Of a DNA stretch of 64,000 bases, positions 26,606-40,065 are shown one piece after another; within the stretch, counting starts at the first letter, position 1; the number at the start of each line of letters is the position of its first letter. A program made the position numbers and the translations under genes. Under the pieces are notes generated by a model. That model had not been told where the DNA came from and ran no database searches. It worked only from the letters and a program-made list of their open reading frames with translations. Location of the stretch: contig OZ024741.1 of the NCBI GenBank assembly GCA_964016885.1, positions 398,474,001 through 398,538,000 on the forward strand, read 5' to 3'. Source of the DNA: Eledone cirrhosa (lineage: Eukaryota).

Positions 26606-26878
26606 GAATCTGACAATTTCCTATCAGCTCTGGACAATCTGACTGGTTTTAGATTTGGCTTGGTATGGTGAGCAAAGTGACCTGCATTCAGGTTACAATA
26701 CAAACCATAAAGACCCACGGAGTAAAGGGGCCTGCCACAATGATATTTAAACCCCTCAGATATTGGTACCAGCTTTGAGAGTGCAATGGTGATGTAGAGC
26801 TCATCCAGATGAAGTGAAGTGAAATTTTATAAATAGTCAGTGTGTTCAAGGTCACCAATTGAAGCAATGTTCCCTTAA

Positions 26879-27097
26879 CCCTTTAGTATTTAAACCAGCC
26901 GTTTCCGGTTAGAATTCTCTCATCGCTTTCTGTTCAAACCGGCTGTAATCGGCTGCTCATAGTGATGTTAAGGTATTGTTCTCAAAATAAATAACATCAA
27001 AATCTCATAGATTCAATATTATATGAAATAATTATGTGAAAAAGACTTTACTGTGAAAATACAATAGTAAATATAGAGTAATGTGAATGCTCAAGGG
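26879..27097. mobile_element. piggyBac-type MITE
   Basis: TTAA|CCCTTTAG ... CAAGGG|TTAA. Confidence 0.82.
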
Positions 27098-27976
27098 TTA
27101 AAAAATGAAAAGTTTTAGTCAGACAGTATTACCAGCAGAGTAAGCAGTGACAAAGAAACTGTGTTGTCCATATGAAGATGACTGTGTGGTTGAAGTGCTG
27201 ATGGAAGAATTGTTGTTGAGCCTTTGTCAACAGGGCCGGAGTCATCATCATCATCATCGTTTAATGTCCATCTTCCATGCTAGCATGGGTTAGACGGTAA
27301 GTGCTACATCTCGCTACTTGCTTGAGTATGTCGGAGGGATGCTTCTCTCCTAAGGAACCAGAGTCAAATGACCTAAAGAAAAACTTATCTCACTTCACCT
27401 CAAGCTGGCCAGCCTCTCCAGACGACTGACACCAACCGAAATAAAGAGAAATAGCAACCAGATGTCATTCGGGGATCAGTATGTGTGAAGAGATTTCGCT
27501 ACAGAAGTATGCCACCAATGTTGGCCATGAACAAAGCATCAATCAAAACCCCCGAGAATTTGGCAATTACAGAAAGTAAGCAGCACATTGAGTATTGATC
27601 GGAGAGAGAGAGAGAGAGAGATAGAAAGATAGATAAATAGAGAGAGAGTTGAAGATGTATCTTGAATGTAAGTTGTACTTGACTCTATTTCAATCTATCA
27701 AACCCAGTCTCCACATAGTAGGGCTTTATCTATCTCCCTGTTGGAGCTAGCCCATATTGGAAAGGAAAGGATGTTACCTACCAGAGGGGAAGTAAGCATG
27801 GATGGAGGAAATAAAGTAGCAGGAAAGAGACGAGAGGAACATTCATGTAAATCTACAGTCATCACCCAATTGTTTGGTCAATGCAGTCTCCTTATGAAAC
27901 TCTGGAGAAAGTGTAACACTGACCAAGTATTCAAAAATAAAAAAAAGAAAAGAAAAGGTTATGGCTTGTTAAGTGA

Positions 27977-28385
27977 CATCATCATCATCATCGTTTTACG
28001 TCCCTTATTCCATGCTACCATGGGTTAGACGGGTTGTCCTGTTGTGGGCAGTGTGTGGTCGGCTGACCATGCCTTGCTCATACGGGAACTGATTCTGGCT
28101 TGATTTCTACAGCTGGATGCCCTTCCTAACACCAACCTCATTTACAGTGAGTGCTGGGTGCCTTTTTCCTGTGGCACCTACACGACCACTTTACAGTGTG
28201 GGCTGGGTGCTTTTTTGCCGTGGCACCTCCATGACCACTTTGCAGTGGGAGGGGATGGGGGCATATTGTCTATATGCTTCAGCTTCGGCTTGTACCCGTG
28301 GGAAGTCGGGTCTTCTGTATTACTGCGTGACGCCAGAGGTCACGGTCATGTGTCATCGCCCTTGAGAGGTGCAATTGGCCCACTC
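27977..28385 (-). mobile_element. SINE-B-related element (3' part with (GAT)n tail)
   Basis: Reverse complement of the GTTAGGAAGGGCATCCAGCTGTAGAAA block and of 43495-43870. Confidence 0.8.
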
Positions 28386-28649
28386 TGCAGCTTCCATTGA
28401 CTTCTAGTGCTATTTCAAACTTCCTCCAAAATGTGTTTTATATTTTGTAATTAACATTTAAATTATTTATTAATTAGCAGATTGAAATTTGTTAATATAA
28501 CAAATATATAATATTAAATAGAAGTACGTAGATATAATCAATTAATTATATTGCTAGGAACTTTATAAATATAATATACAAAAATATATAATCAAAGCGA
28601 GAAAAACACCCCATCACTTCAACACTGTGTTAATTGGTCACACACCTCA

Positions 28650-28980
28650 CCACAGGGGTCATCAGAAATTTTTGAGGCAAGCCAACATACACGCAGCATT
28701 ACTGCAGGTGATGGCGAGGCTAAGGCGTTGAAACAATCAAGCACCCTCATAGTCATCACCCGACACCTCTGTAGGGCAAGCCGCTAACAATGACAAGAAC
28801 TTCACTGTAAGCGACCCAGCTCCACTAAACGTCACGAATGCCACAGGCTGGAAAAAATAGTTATTTGATAGTTCCTGCTATTTTAGGATTTTATTTCATT
28901 CGGCTTCCGAAGCAGTGACCCTCACATTTACCACGGCATCTAGGATGTGGGAGGGAGCAAAAAAGTCACTGACTGTGGGT
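28650..28980 (-). mobile_element. Degenerate 3' fragment of a CRE-like non-LTR element
   Basis: Nucleotide similarity to 34805-35118 (TTTTTGAGGCAAGCCA, GGTGATGGCGAGGCT, ACAGGCTG.AAAA, GCATC.AGGATGTGGGA). Confidence 0.75.
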
Positions 28981-30050
28981 AATTTGAGTAAATCTATTGA
29001 TAAGCATCTACTGGGGTTTAGTGGGAAATTTTGTTTTGTATATTTTCAACTAATCTGACCCCCAATTCACCCGGAAACGACTTTCCTCCCATTAAAACGG
29101 ACGGGGTATTCAACAAACTGATGTAGAGATAGCCGAACATACATATATACTGTACATAATCTGTATAGCCACTACAAAAGCAAAAATAAAAGACGAGAAA
29201 TACCCACATGCTACATACAAATATATATATGTACAGAGTATATGAGAGTTTAGATGATGAGTATTGGTGTATATATTAAAACGAATAAGAATGGCTGGTG
29301 CGTGTTTGTACAATGTTTTATATCACAGGAGTCAATAATAACACAATAGAAATATTTTACCACGTGTCGTGATGGTGTAGTTGGTGAGTTGGTCTCGACT
29401 CCAAGACTGGAGCGTATTCAGAAGAGAGAGAGAAGACAGGAATCATCTCTTCATAGGCAGGAGTTATCTCTAGGGAGAGAAAGCAGAAATCAGCTCCAAC
29501 ATAATGCGTGTTGTCTCTTCGTAAAATAGCCGCCGGAGTCTGTATATCTTTTTGGTGACGTCAGAACTATGTGCAGGTAACTCTGCATAGCTGTTACACG
29601 CCAGGTGTCGCTTCGCTACATATAGCCCTCCTCCAGATGACCAATCGATGAAGAAGTAAACATATGTAGCGAGAAGCAAGGCAAACATAGGTAATAAACA
29701 AAAGAAATGTTTGCACAAGCAGCAAACAAAAGGCAAGGCATGCAAAATGTAACAACAGAAACATGCAAAACAATCAATAAAATGCAACAAATCGTAAGAA
29801 AAACAAAAGCAAAGGGCTGCAACAAGGGCAGCTTAAATGTACACAGTTTGACACAGTTTTTTTGGCCAGTGGACCCTCCGACTGGAACGGGTCATGGTCT
29901 TGTATCTTGGTGATGGGGGTGCTCAAGTGTGTGAGCATCTGTGTGGGCCCATTTAAGTCTATCAACCGCAATGGTCTCTCTGGATCCCTTAATGTCTACA
30001 GTGAAATGTTTATCAGAACGAGCTAACACACGGTAGGGTCCAGAGTATGG

Positions 30051-32860
30051 TTATGCGAGAGGTGGTCTCACAGCATCGTTTCTTACGAACACATGGGTCC
30101 ACGAGGCAATATCCCTCGGGACTGCAGTTTTTAAAGTTTGTTTCCTCGTATCCATCGGCGGCAGGTCCTGAAAATAAGAACGTAAATGGGATACGTAGAA
30201 AAGCGGATCTTGTGCAGCAATATCGACAGGGGCAAGCATTTGCCCAGGTAACGCTAGAGGAGCACCATACAATAATTTGGCCAGGGAGAACCCAAGGTCC
30301 TCCTTTATTGATGACCGAATCCCCAACAACACAATAGGAAGGTACTCGCTCCAACGCGTAGAGTCAGGAGAAGTCCTTAGAGCGGCTTTTAGTTGTCGGT
30401 GGAAATGCTCCACCATTCCGTTAGATGCAGGATGATATGAAGTTGTTCGGATGCGTTTAGCACCCATGATCTTCGTTAATTCGTAGAAGAGATTCGATTC
30501 AAACTGCCTTCCATGGTCGGTTGTAATCGTGGCTGGCACTCCAAAGCGGGCAATCCATCCCGATACTAGGGCACACGCTGTCGTTTCAGCAGTGATGTCT
30601 TTCAAGGGGATGGCTTCAAGCCATCGCGAAAAACGATCAATAACAGTCAATAGATAAGTATGACCACCCAGCTTGGCATTGGACACTGGCCAAGGTCCCA
30701 CGATGTCCACATGAATGTGCCGGAAACGGGCGTCCGGTGTACTGAAAGTACCGAACGGAGCCTTAATGTGTTTATGGATTTTCGATTTCTGGCAAGTGAT
30801 GCAGGAACGGCACCAAGCAGTAATATCGCGCCTCATATTTGGCCAGAAGAATCTGGCTGTTATGAGCTTTACTGTGGCAGAAGATCCTGGGTGTGAAATG
30901 CTGTGTAAAGCAAGAAACACAGTACGACGATGGTTTAGCGGGACGAATGGTCTCAGTGAATCCACGGAAACATCGCAGTGGGCAATGGCAGGTATTTCAA
31001 ATTACACATCGCAAATTCGGCTGATGTAATATTCAACGATTCCAGTGCAGGTTGGTCTGCTGCCAAGTGATTTAAATCGATGTCGTGGGATGACGCAATT
31101 GAACTGATCGGCAATCGAGACAGGGCGTCAGCCGCTGTGTTCAATGAGCCTGGAATGTGTTGGATGTCGTTTGTGTATTGCGAGATAAAGTCGAGATGCC
31201 TTGTTTCTCTGGGTGAGTACTTCTCGGACTTTGCCCTTAAAGCGAAGGTCAAAGGTTTATGGTCAGTATAGATTGTAAAATACCTTCCTTCGAGCATATG
31301 TGAAAAATGTTTCACGGAAAGGTAGATGGCTAACAGCTCCTGGCCAAAGGTGCTGTAGCGAGTTTCTGCAGGCTTCAACTTCCTGGAGAAAAATTCCAAT
31401 GGTTGTTGGTGATTGTCACTACTCTGTTGTAAGACTGCACCCACTGCAGTATCCGACGCATCAACACAAAGCGAAAGCTTGGCATTGGACACTGGGTGGG
31501 CCAGCAAAGATGCACTAGCCAATGCTGATTTGGCTTTTTGAAAATCCTCAAGCTGAGTCTGAGTCAAAGAGATTTCCTTGTTCTTCTTGTGGCAATTTTT
31601 CAGAATCTCAGTAAGAGAGAAGAATAGATTAGCACAGTGCGGAACAAAACGTCTATAGAAATTTATCAGTCCTAGGAATTGTCGCAAGTGATGAAGTGAG
31701 GTCGGCGGAGGCAAATCCTCTATAGCCTGAACTCGTTGAGGGAGGGGTCGAATGCCCTCGGAGTCAATGACATGACCTAAAAAATTCAGTGATTCCGCAC
31801 TGAAAACACATTTTGTGTGGGATTTATTTGAGCACTGTAATCCTTGAGTCGACAAAACAAAAGATTCAAATGACGTATGTGTTCTTCTCTGGAGGAACTA
31901 GCAATAAGCAGATCATCAATATAAGTGTAGACGAAGTCTAAACCACGAGTGACCTCATCCATGAACCGTTGAAAGGTGCTAGCAGCATTCCTAAGTCTGA
32001 AAGGCATGGTAAGAAATTCGAATGATCCAAATGGAGTCGTAATGGCCGTTTTCAGAATATCTTCTTTCTGGACAGAAATCTGATGTTAGGCTCGCACCAA
32101 ATCGAGCTTTGAGAACATTTTACATCCCTGCAATGACAATGCAAAATCTTGCAGGTGTGGAATGTGGTATCTATCCGGGACAGTTATAACATTTAACTTC
32201 CTATAATCCCCAGTGGGTCTCCAGTCGCCAGAAGTCTTGGGTACCATGTGCAACGGAGACGCCCAAGGGTTCGTAGAAGGGTGAATTATGCCTAGCTGCA
32301 GCATATGGTCAAACTTGGACCGTGCTGCCTTCAATTTGTCCGCAGGCAATCGACGAGGATGGGAAAACACTGGAGCACTAGTAGTGGAGATGAAATGTAT
32401 GGTTGAGTGAGTCGGTTCCGCAACTCGAAAATTTCCCTGAGTAAGTTGTGGGAACGAATCCAATAATCCATGATAGGCGTTTCCAGCGGGAGCGATGAAG
32501 AAGGTCGGGCTAACCATTGGAAAATTAGCTTTCTGGCCGCGAAGTGAAAAACCAGTAATGCCGTCTACTAGGCGTCGGCCACGGACGTCCACCGTCAATG
32601 CAAAATGGTGTAGAAGATTCTGCTCCCAAGATCGGATATGGTAGGTCAGCAACCGTAAAAATCCATTTGAATTCTCGTCGAAGATTTCTGAATTGCAGAG
32701 GAAGCGAGATTTGTCCAAAAGTTCGTATCGGCGAATGATTGACAGCTTGTAGATTCATTGGTGACTCAGGAGGAGTTTCTTTAACACAGTTTACCGGCCA
32801 AATGCTGCAGGAGGCTCCCGTATCTACGAGGAAAGATCTTCTGGACAGGAAGTCCTCAAT
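30051..32860 (-). pseudogene. pol: Gypsy pol (protease, RT, RNase H, integrase) with frameshifts/stops
   Basis: FLVDTGAS (~32815-32840), [55 protein letters not shown]. Confidence 0.93.
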
Positions 32861-33097
32861 AAAGAAGTGGCGGTTTAGGCGTGTAGCACAGAGATCAGCT
32901 GCCGCCTTCAGTGACTCTGGTCTGCCTTTCCCGAAGTTGAATAGTTACACGGTGGCTGGCAGTGTTTTGTTCTATCAGCGAAGGTGGCATGGTACCATCA
33001 CAAAGACGAATTGCTGGCGGGCAAGCTGGCGTTATGGCGTGAAGTCGCGAAGGAACGTGAACGACTTCTTGGTCGCCTGGGAGATGGCCTACTCTCC

Positions 33098-33490
33098 CTA
33101 CATAATTTTGCGACTTGACGCGTCAATCGCCTTCAACATGGCATCTTCGTGTGTCAAGACGGGTTGGTTTGGAAAGGTCGAAGAGGCAACAAGCGAGTCC
33201 GACGAGGTAGCTTTCCACAAGAATTCCACAATTCGATCGGCAGACGCAGCGATCTGCTCCACCGAGCTCGAGTCCACTATGTTAGCCAATATAATCTGGA
33301 CATCGTTTGGCAAGCAAGAGAAAAATAGCTTTTTGATAAACGAACTATCCTCATCGGGCGATTCACTGAGGTCCCGAATGTGGAGTAAAAATTCGGACAG
33401 CGACCTGTCGCCTAAACACTCGTCCTCCAATAATGCACGAAACTTGCTTTTAGCAGAACGGCAGTTTCTCCTTAATATCTCCGTCCTCAA
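33098..33490 (-). pseudogene. gag: Gypsy gag fragment, 5'-truncated
   Basis: LGDRSLSEFL...LFFSCLPNDVQIILA...ADRI is typical of this gag group; it abuts the LTR directly. Confidence 0.75.
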
Positions 33491-34800
33491 CGAATAAGAA
33501 TGGCTGGTGCGTGTTTGTACAATGTTTTATATCACAGGAGTCAATAATAACACAATAGAAATATTTTACCACGTGTTGTGATGGTGTAGTTGGTGAGTTG
33601 GTCTCGACTCCAAGACTGGAGCGTATACAGAAGAGAGAGAGAAGACAGGAGTCATCTCTTCATAGGCAGGAGTTATCTCTAGGGAGAGAAAGCAGAAATC
33701 ATCTCTTCATAGGCAGAAGTCAGCTCCAACATTATGCATGTTGTCTCTTCGGAAAATAGCCGCCGGAGTCTGTATATCTTTTTGGTGACGTCAGAACTAT
33801 GTGCAGGTAACTCTGCATAGCTGTTACACGCCAGGTGTCGCTTCGCTACAAGAGTTCGGCAAACTTAAGTTAAGGAATAACTGAACATATTGTAAAGGAA
33901 TATTGTACATGGTCTTACATCTCCCATTGTATCGTATCTTTACTTGCGAAAAATCCTAGCGAAAAAAAATCCCACCAAAGAAACCTCCAAGGGTGCGAAA
34001 CTCCGAGGGACACCTTCCGTTTTAGGGGCAAAAGTCGTCTGCGAATAAATTGGAGATCAGATTAGTTGAAAACATTAAAATAATAAAACAAAAAACAAAA
34101 AAAACTATTTTTCATCAAACACTAGCGGGTGATTTCCTATACATTTAAACAGCGAAGTGAAGCTTAGCTGTAACTCTGAGGGTCCCCACCTCTGCTTTCG
34201 GCTAAAGGAAACCCAACGGGCGCTTTTCTATAAATTTACAGTGCTTCGTTTATTTATGTTAAAATTATTTCAAACAGAAAGTGGAGGTGTATTTCGTAAT
34301 TAGTGGATCAAAAACTAAATTAACGCACCGTTCTCAATCCACATTTTCAACATAGCAGTAACGAAAAAAGAAATTTTATTAGATTTTTATTAGAAGCCTA
34401 GAATTTTTCAAAGAACATTGGAGTTCCTCAGAACTCCCTTTGTAAAATATTACCGTAAATGGGAAACCTTTTTTAAAAGTATAATATTCATTCAATTAAG
34501 GCATAACCGTCATCATATTACAAATAAAAAAGTAAAGGAAAAGGAAAGAAACGCGCACACCTAGAACCACATACAACACACAAGCGGGTAATACACACAT
34601 CTAGGACCATATACAATAAAAGCAGGCGAAAGGGGTGGACAAACGAATTGTTGAATCACAGCAAATCCCAATATATTTTTGTGTGTATATCATAAGAAAG
34701 ATATATTCTTTTAATGTTACAATATTAAAGAAAATGTAAAGGAAGGGGTGAACACCAGAGCAAAAGACAACAATGTCGCGAGGAGTACTGGGAAACCTCT

Positions 34801-35500
34801 CTAATGATTTTTGAGGCAAGCCAGCACACTCGCAGCGTTGCCTCGGGTGATGGCGAGGCTGATGCGCTGAAACAGCCAAGCGCCCTCGCGAGATTCGCTA
34901 GTTACCTCTATTAGGCGAGCCGCCAGTGAAGAGAGGAACCTCGCAGTCAGCGGCTCGACTCCCCCAAACGTCTCGAAAGCTACAGGCTGAAAAATGTAGC
35001 TGGCCGACAGATCAGAGTATTTGAGGGTCTTACTCCGCTCGGCTGCGGAAGCTGTGGCTCTCGCCCTAACCGCAGCATCCAGGATGTGGGAAGAAGCAAA
35101 AGGGTCAATAACAGTGACGTCCCAGACAAGGCACCTGCCTCTTGACCAGGGGCACAGGGTAAGACCGTCAGATCTTTTTGCTGTCACTTCTGGACAACCC
35201 AGATGGTTCCAAGACTGAAGGGATATTCGCCCGGGCCAAAGCTCTCTTCAGAATGAGGTTTAGCTCCGTGTGACGCGCGAAGCGGCCGGCATTCAGACGG
35301 CAAGAAAAACCGTGGAGGCCTGTAGAGTTAAGGAGTTTGCCGCATCGGCACCTCAAACCCATGCAGACGTCAGCTCCCACTCTGAGGGTGATGGAGACAC
35401 GAAATTCGTCCAGGCTGAGTAGGCCACCAACGTTGGCCACGGGTAGGGCATCAACCCAGTCGCCTTGCAAACTGATCTGACTGGACGAAGAGGGAGTCAA
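34801..35500 (-). mobile_element. 3' fragment of a CRE-like non-LTR retrotransposon (Zn knuckle plus restriction-like endonuclease)
   Basis: CRCG...HGFSC...RHTELN; R(S)DG...WDVT; K..KY; FQPVAFETFG; QRISLAITRGNA. One frameshift near 35175. Confidence 0.88.
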
Positions 35501-35799
35501 AGGTGGCCTTCGAACTTATGCTGTCCCAAGTTCTGACTTCGACTGTCCTCCACCTTCTCAGGAAGAGACAAGCCCAGCTCACTCCATTTTATTCACAGCT
35601 GTATAAGTAACATTACAAATTGTTCACAATTATTTCAAAATGAAAATATAAACACATATAATAAATACAATTAACTATTGATATGAACTTCCAAATATAA
35701 TATAACGCACCAAAATATATGATCAAAGCGAGGGAAAGAAAAAGAAAGAGATACAAAACACCAACAACTCTACACCCCAGTCTAAGTGGTGATTCAGCT

Positions 35800-36060
35800 G
35801 TGCCCCGCAGACAGAATAGCAAAGGTATTGCCACAGAGAATGGCTTGTGTCACCAAACCTCACGGGGCTCATTCCTCGAAGGCGACTGGTACGAAAAGGA
35901 AGCAGTCGGACAAGCCCCCGTATTTGTTTATCTTCCTCTCCAGTACATTGCGGGTAGCGGTACCCGGATTTGTGGCCAAAATAACAAGGTAGGAGGCAGA
36001 GAACGAGTCACAACACGTCCCGTCCCAGATTAGAGATTCACCCCTGTCAGGGATTATGTT
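35800..36060 (-). mobile_element. Third, more diverged CRE-like REL fragment
   Basis: LIWDGTCCDSF...KINKYGGLS..FLFVPVAFE, then ..CGN.., parallel to the copy at 34801. Confidence 0.7.
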
Positions 36061-36097
36061 TCGTTGACGCACTCTCGCTTGAAATCAAACAAAAACA

Positions 36098-36483
36098 GGC
36101 ACTACAACGCTATTAGCTGTCAGTCCAGTTGAAAACAGGCGAAGGTGACGTCACTCGTCAACATCGTTTATTTCCGTATTACTACCACGCGTAAGTGGAG
36201 TTTTCACGCGTTTTTTTTGAGAGAGAGAGAGGGAAGACTTAAAAGGGCCAAATTAGAAAACAAATAGAAAACAAGTCATGGTTATAAAGCATATCGATGT
36301 AAGTGGAGTTACTTAAGTGAAAATATAGGTGGCCCTTAAAAGGGCCAAATTAGAAAACAAATTTAAGTTAATTAGAAAACAAGTCATGGTTATCAATGTA
36401 GAAAACAAGTCATTCATAAATTTAAGTTTTATAATCAAATTTTTTTCACCAACAAATATGACAGCTAATAGCGTTGTAGTGCC
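36098..36483. mobile_element. MITE-like element with perfect 25-bp terminal inverted repeats
   Basis: GGCACTACAACGCTATTAGCTGTCA (36098-36122) and TGACAGCTAATAGCGTTGTAGTGCC (36459-36483). Internal direct repeats; no clear TSD. Confidence 0.75.
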
Positions 36484-36518
36484 CGCAATTCTGTATCTTT
36501 ACGTATATTGCGCATAGA

Positions 36519-36760
36519 TACGAGGGTTGACAAAGATACTCTCATGGAATGTGACCAAATGAGGTTTATTTTTCAACATAGTCTCCCTTGCGTTCCACAC
36601 ACTTCTTCCATCGCTGTTGCAGTACTGAGATCAATGTTTTCCTCGGTAGTGGCAGTTGTAGGACGTCCAGACATTGGGTCATCTTCAAGAATCCCCTATC
36701 CTTTCCTAAATTCGGCTACCCACTTTTGGACAAAGGAAAATTGTGGTACAATATTGTAAG
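36519..36760 (-). mobile_element. Internally deleted mariner
   Basis: TA|CGAGGG terminus. Minus strand reads VQKWVAEFRKG*GILEDDPMSGRPTTATTEENIDL joined to the C-terminal LQQRWKKCVERKGDYVEK*. Confidence 0.85.
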
Positions 36761-37550
36761 GTCTGCTTATAGCATTATCCATCTTTCAAAAATGAAGGTC
36801 CACATTTCGTCGACTTCAATACATTTTATTACATTTTATTGTATTGTAAACATTAACTTTTATGGAAATTTTATTACAAAATTTCAATTTAGTTCGATTT
36901 TTTGGAATTTATTTAACAAACATGGAAAAATAAGAAAAAGAATAAAATAATTTGATTGCCTTTAATAAAGAAGATAAATAGAGTGGAACTGATTTCCAGG
37001 TCATACTAATGAAACAAGGTTTTTTCCATTACTGATATTATCTGTCTGCCGCAAGTCCTGGTAGAAGATGCTACACGAACTAAAGTATTTTACTGAAGGA
37101 CGCAACATGCTGCAGGATCGAAGAAACGAGCCCATGATTTTATAATGGTTAGTCCAGTACCGTAACCCCTAAGGCATGTGCCTTCACAGAGGAAAGGTAA
37201 ATCATATAACAGATTAGATGGGTACTATGTTAGATATTACTATGTGTCATATTATACCAAAGAAGAAGTGTGCTGTATAATAAACATTGATATCAGGTTG
37301 ATTCAATAACTACCCGGTCCCAAATATGAACCCATGAACTTATGGTCGTCAGTCAAACACTTTAACCATTGTATGTATGTATACATGTATGGATGGATGG
37401 ATGTATGTATGTGTGTGTGTATACATGTATGTATGTATGGATGGATGGATGGATGTATGTATGTGTCTGTGTATACATGGATGGATGGATGTATGTATGA
37501 ATGTATGCATGTATGTATACATGTATATATGTAAGTATGTATGCGTGTAT

Positions 37551-40032
37551 GAGAACAACTGGAAGGACTTCAGGAGCTCGGTCTATGAGGCTTAAGCAGA
37601 GGTCCTTGGTTTTGTCACAAGAAAACAAGGACTGGTTTGATGAGAATGACCAGGAGGTCAAGGCTCTGCTAGACAGAAAACAAAAGGCACTTGATGCAGT
37701 TCTTAAAGGTGGTAGCTCTGTTGGTGACAATTATGAGCATTACAGACAGGTAAAGAAGGAAGTGCAGGTGAAACTCAGGGCTATGCAAAATACCTGGTGG
37801 AGCAACAAAGCAGATGAAGTTCAAGTGGCATCTGACGGCAACAATGTGAAACTGCCGCACTTTCTACTCACAGAGGTGTATGGCCCTTTCAGCTCTCCAG
37901 TGGCCCCTTTGAGATCGAAAGATAACAAGCAATTACTGCGCGACCCAAAAGACACTCAACAGATAGAGAGATCACTTTGATGAGCTCTTAAACCAGCCAT
38001 CCCAGGTTGATGATGATTTCATTTGTTCCATTCCTATTGAACCAGTGAAGCATATGAGATGGCTAATGTATCTTCTCTTGCAGAGGGGACTTCTGTTGTG
38101 CATAAGCTGAACTGTGGTAAGTCTCCTGGTATGGATGGTCTGAGTGGAGCGGTTTTGAAGTGTGGTGGTGAAAACTTCACGCAGCGCCTGACTGACCTCA
38201 TGAAAATGGTGTGGCAAGATGAGAATGTCCCACAAAAAGGATGCGCTCATGGTGATTCTCCATAAAAGAAAGGACGGCAAGGACAAATGTGGCAATTATC
38301 ATGTCATATCCCTTCTTTCAGTAGTTGGTAAAGTCGTGTCGAATATTGATGGATAGATTGATCCCAAGAGTTGCTCTGAATGAGTTGCATGAGTCGCAGT
38401 GTGGGTTCAGAAACGAAAGAGGAACAGTGGATATGATTGTTTCTGCTCGGCAGCTGCAAGAAAAGTGTATCGAACAATGTATGGACCTTTACCAGGACTT
38501 TGTTGACTCGACAAAGGCCTTTGACACTGTCAATCGAACTGCGTTGTGGGAAAAAAATCCAAGGTAGGGTAGAAGATTCTGCATCTTTTCCATGATGACA
38601 TGAAGGCTTTAGTCAGTATTGGTGGTAGCATCTCTGAATACAATATCAGTTGAAAATGGAGTGAAGCAAGGGGACATTCTGGCTCCAAATCTGTTTTCCT
38701 TATATTTTACGATAATGTTTCTCATGGCATTCAAATATTGTTCTCATGGGGTTTACATCAGGTAGCGCACTTCAGGAAGGTTGTTTAACATCAGGCGCTT
38801 TGGTACAAGCACAAAGGTATTAACATCTATAATCCGAGAGCTTTTGTATGCAGACGACTGCGATCTTTTTGCACACTCACAAAGTGACATGCAGCATATT
38901 ATGAACTCTTTTTCTGCAGCTTGCAGCACTTTGGGCGTCACAATAAGCTTGGAAAAGACTGTTGTGATGTATCAGCCAGTACCTGGAAACGAGTACACTG
39001 CACCAAGTGTGTACGAGTACGGAAAGAGGCTAAAAGTTGCTGACAAGTTTGTTTACCTTGGTAGTACGTTGAATACTTCATGCACACATGATAATGAAAT
39101 ATCCTTAAGAATCAAGAAAGCCAGTGATGCTTTTGGACGGCTGCATCAACGTTTATGGTCCCGACGAGGTATCACTATCGAAACCAAGGTGAAAGTGTAT
39201 CTGACTTGTGTCGTCTCCTCTTTACTTTATGTTTGTGAAACGTGCATCACATACAGAAAGCACCTCAAGGATCTGGAGAGATTTCACCAACAATCTCTTC
39301 ATAAGTTACTTGGGATGTGGTGGAAGATGTTCGCCAGTGATTTGGAAGTTCTAGAACGGAGCAGGTGCGTGACTATAGAGAGCATAATCTTTCGGTATCG
39401 GTTGAGGTGGTGCAGTCACGTGGTCCGGATGTCTGATGATCATATTCCAAAGCAACTTCTCTATGGAGAACTGTGTGAAGGAAGGCGACCAACACATAAA
39501 CCAAAAAGGCGGTACCGGGACTGTATCAGGGGCACCTTGGTTTGTGCTGGAATTTCATGACGAATGGGAGAAAATGGCTGACGAGCCTGTGAAGTGGAGA
39601 CGTTTGATCAAGTCAGGTGGTGAACACTTTGAAACTAGTCGGAGAGAACACCTAACACTGAAAAGGAAGGTGAGGATTGAGACTGTTCTGAACTGCCTGC
39701 TGTTGAACATCATCTGGTTTGCCAGCACTGTGGTCGAGTCAGCCTGAGCAAAGCTGGTTTGATTAGACATGAACAAAGTCATATCAGTAGACCTCATGTA
39801 GATTATGACCTGAAAAGGTGTAAGAAATGTACAAGCATGGGAGGTCTTAAAAGATACATGTGAACATACAGCCAGAACAAAGCAATGAAAGGTTTCAGGG
39901 GAGCCTAAAGTTGCCATGTGTGTACCAGAGGGTGCAAGTATTTGGCTGGTTTAAAGAGTCACATTTGTGCTTCACATTTTTGAACATTTTATCGGGCGAT
40001 GGCAATACTTGAACACGAGTTTGCAGCCATCA
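37551..40032 (+). mobile_element. RTE-BovB-like LINE, 5'-truncated and disrupted
   Basis: DWFDEND, GKSPGMDG, ESQCGFR, KAFDTV, GVKQG, ELLYADD, YLGS, PKQLLYGEL. Ends in a (TATG)n tail. Confidence 0.92.
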
Positions 40033-40065
40033 TGTAGTATGTATGTATGTATGTATGTATGTATG

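Larger units (their letters stand above)
29239..33850 (-). mobile_element. Ty3/Gypsy LTR retrotransposon, decayed, with a deletion removing the PBS and 5' gag
   Basis: Near-identical LTRs (~29239/29268-29620 and 33489-33850) starting TGTAGC on the minus strand. PPT GGAGGAGGG at 29626-29634. Domain order gag-PR-RT-RH-IN. Possible TSD AGAG(T) at 29235 and 33851. Confidence 0.95.
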
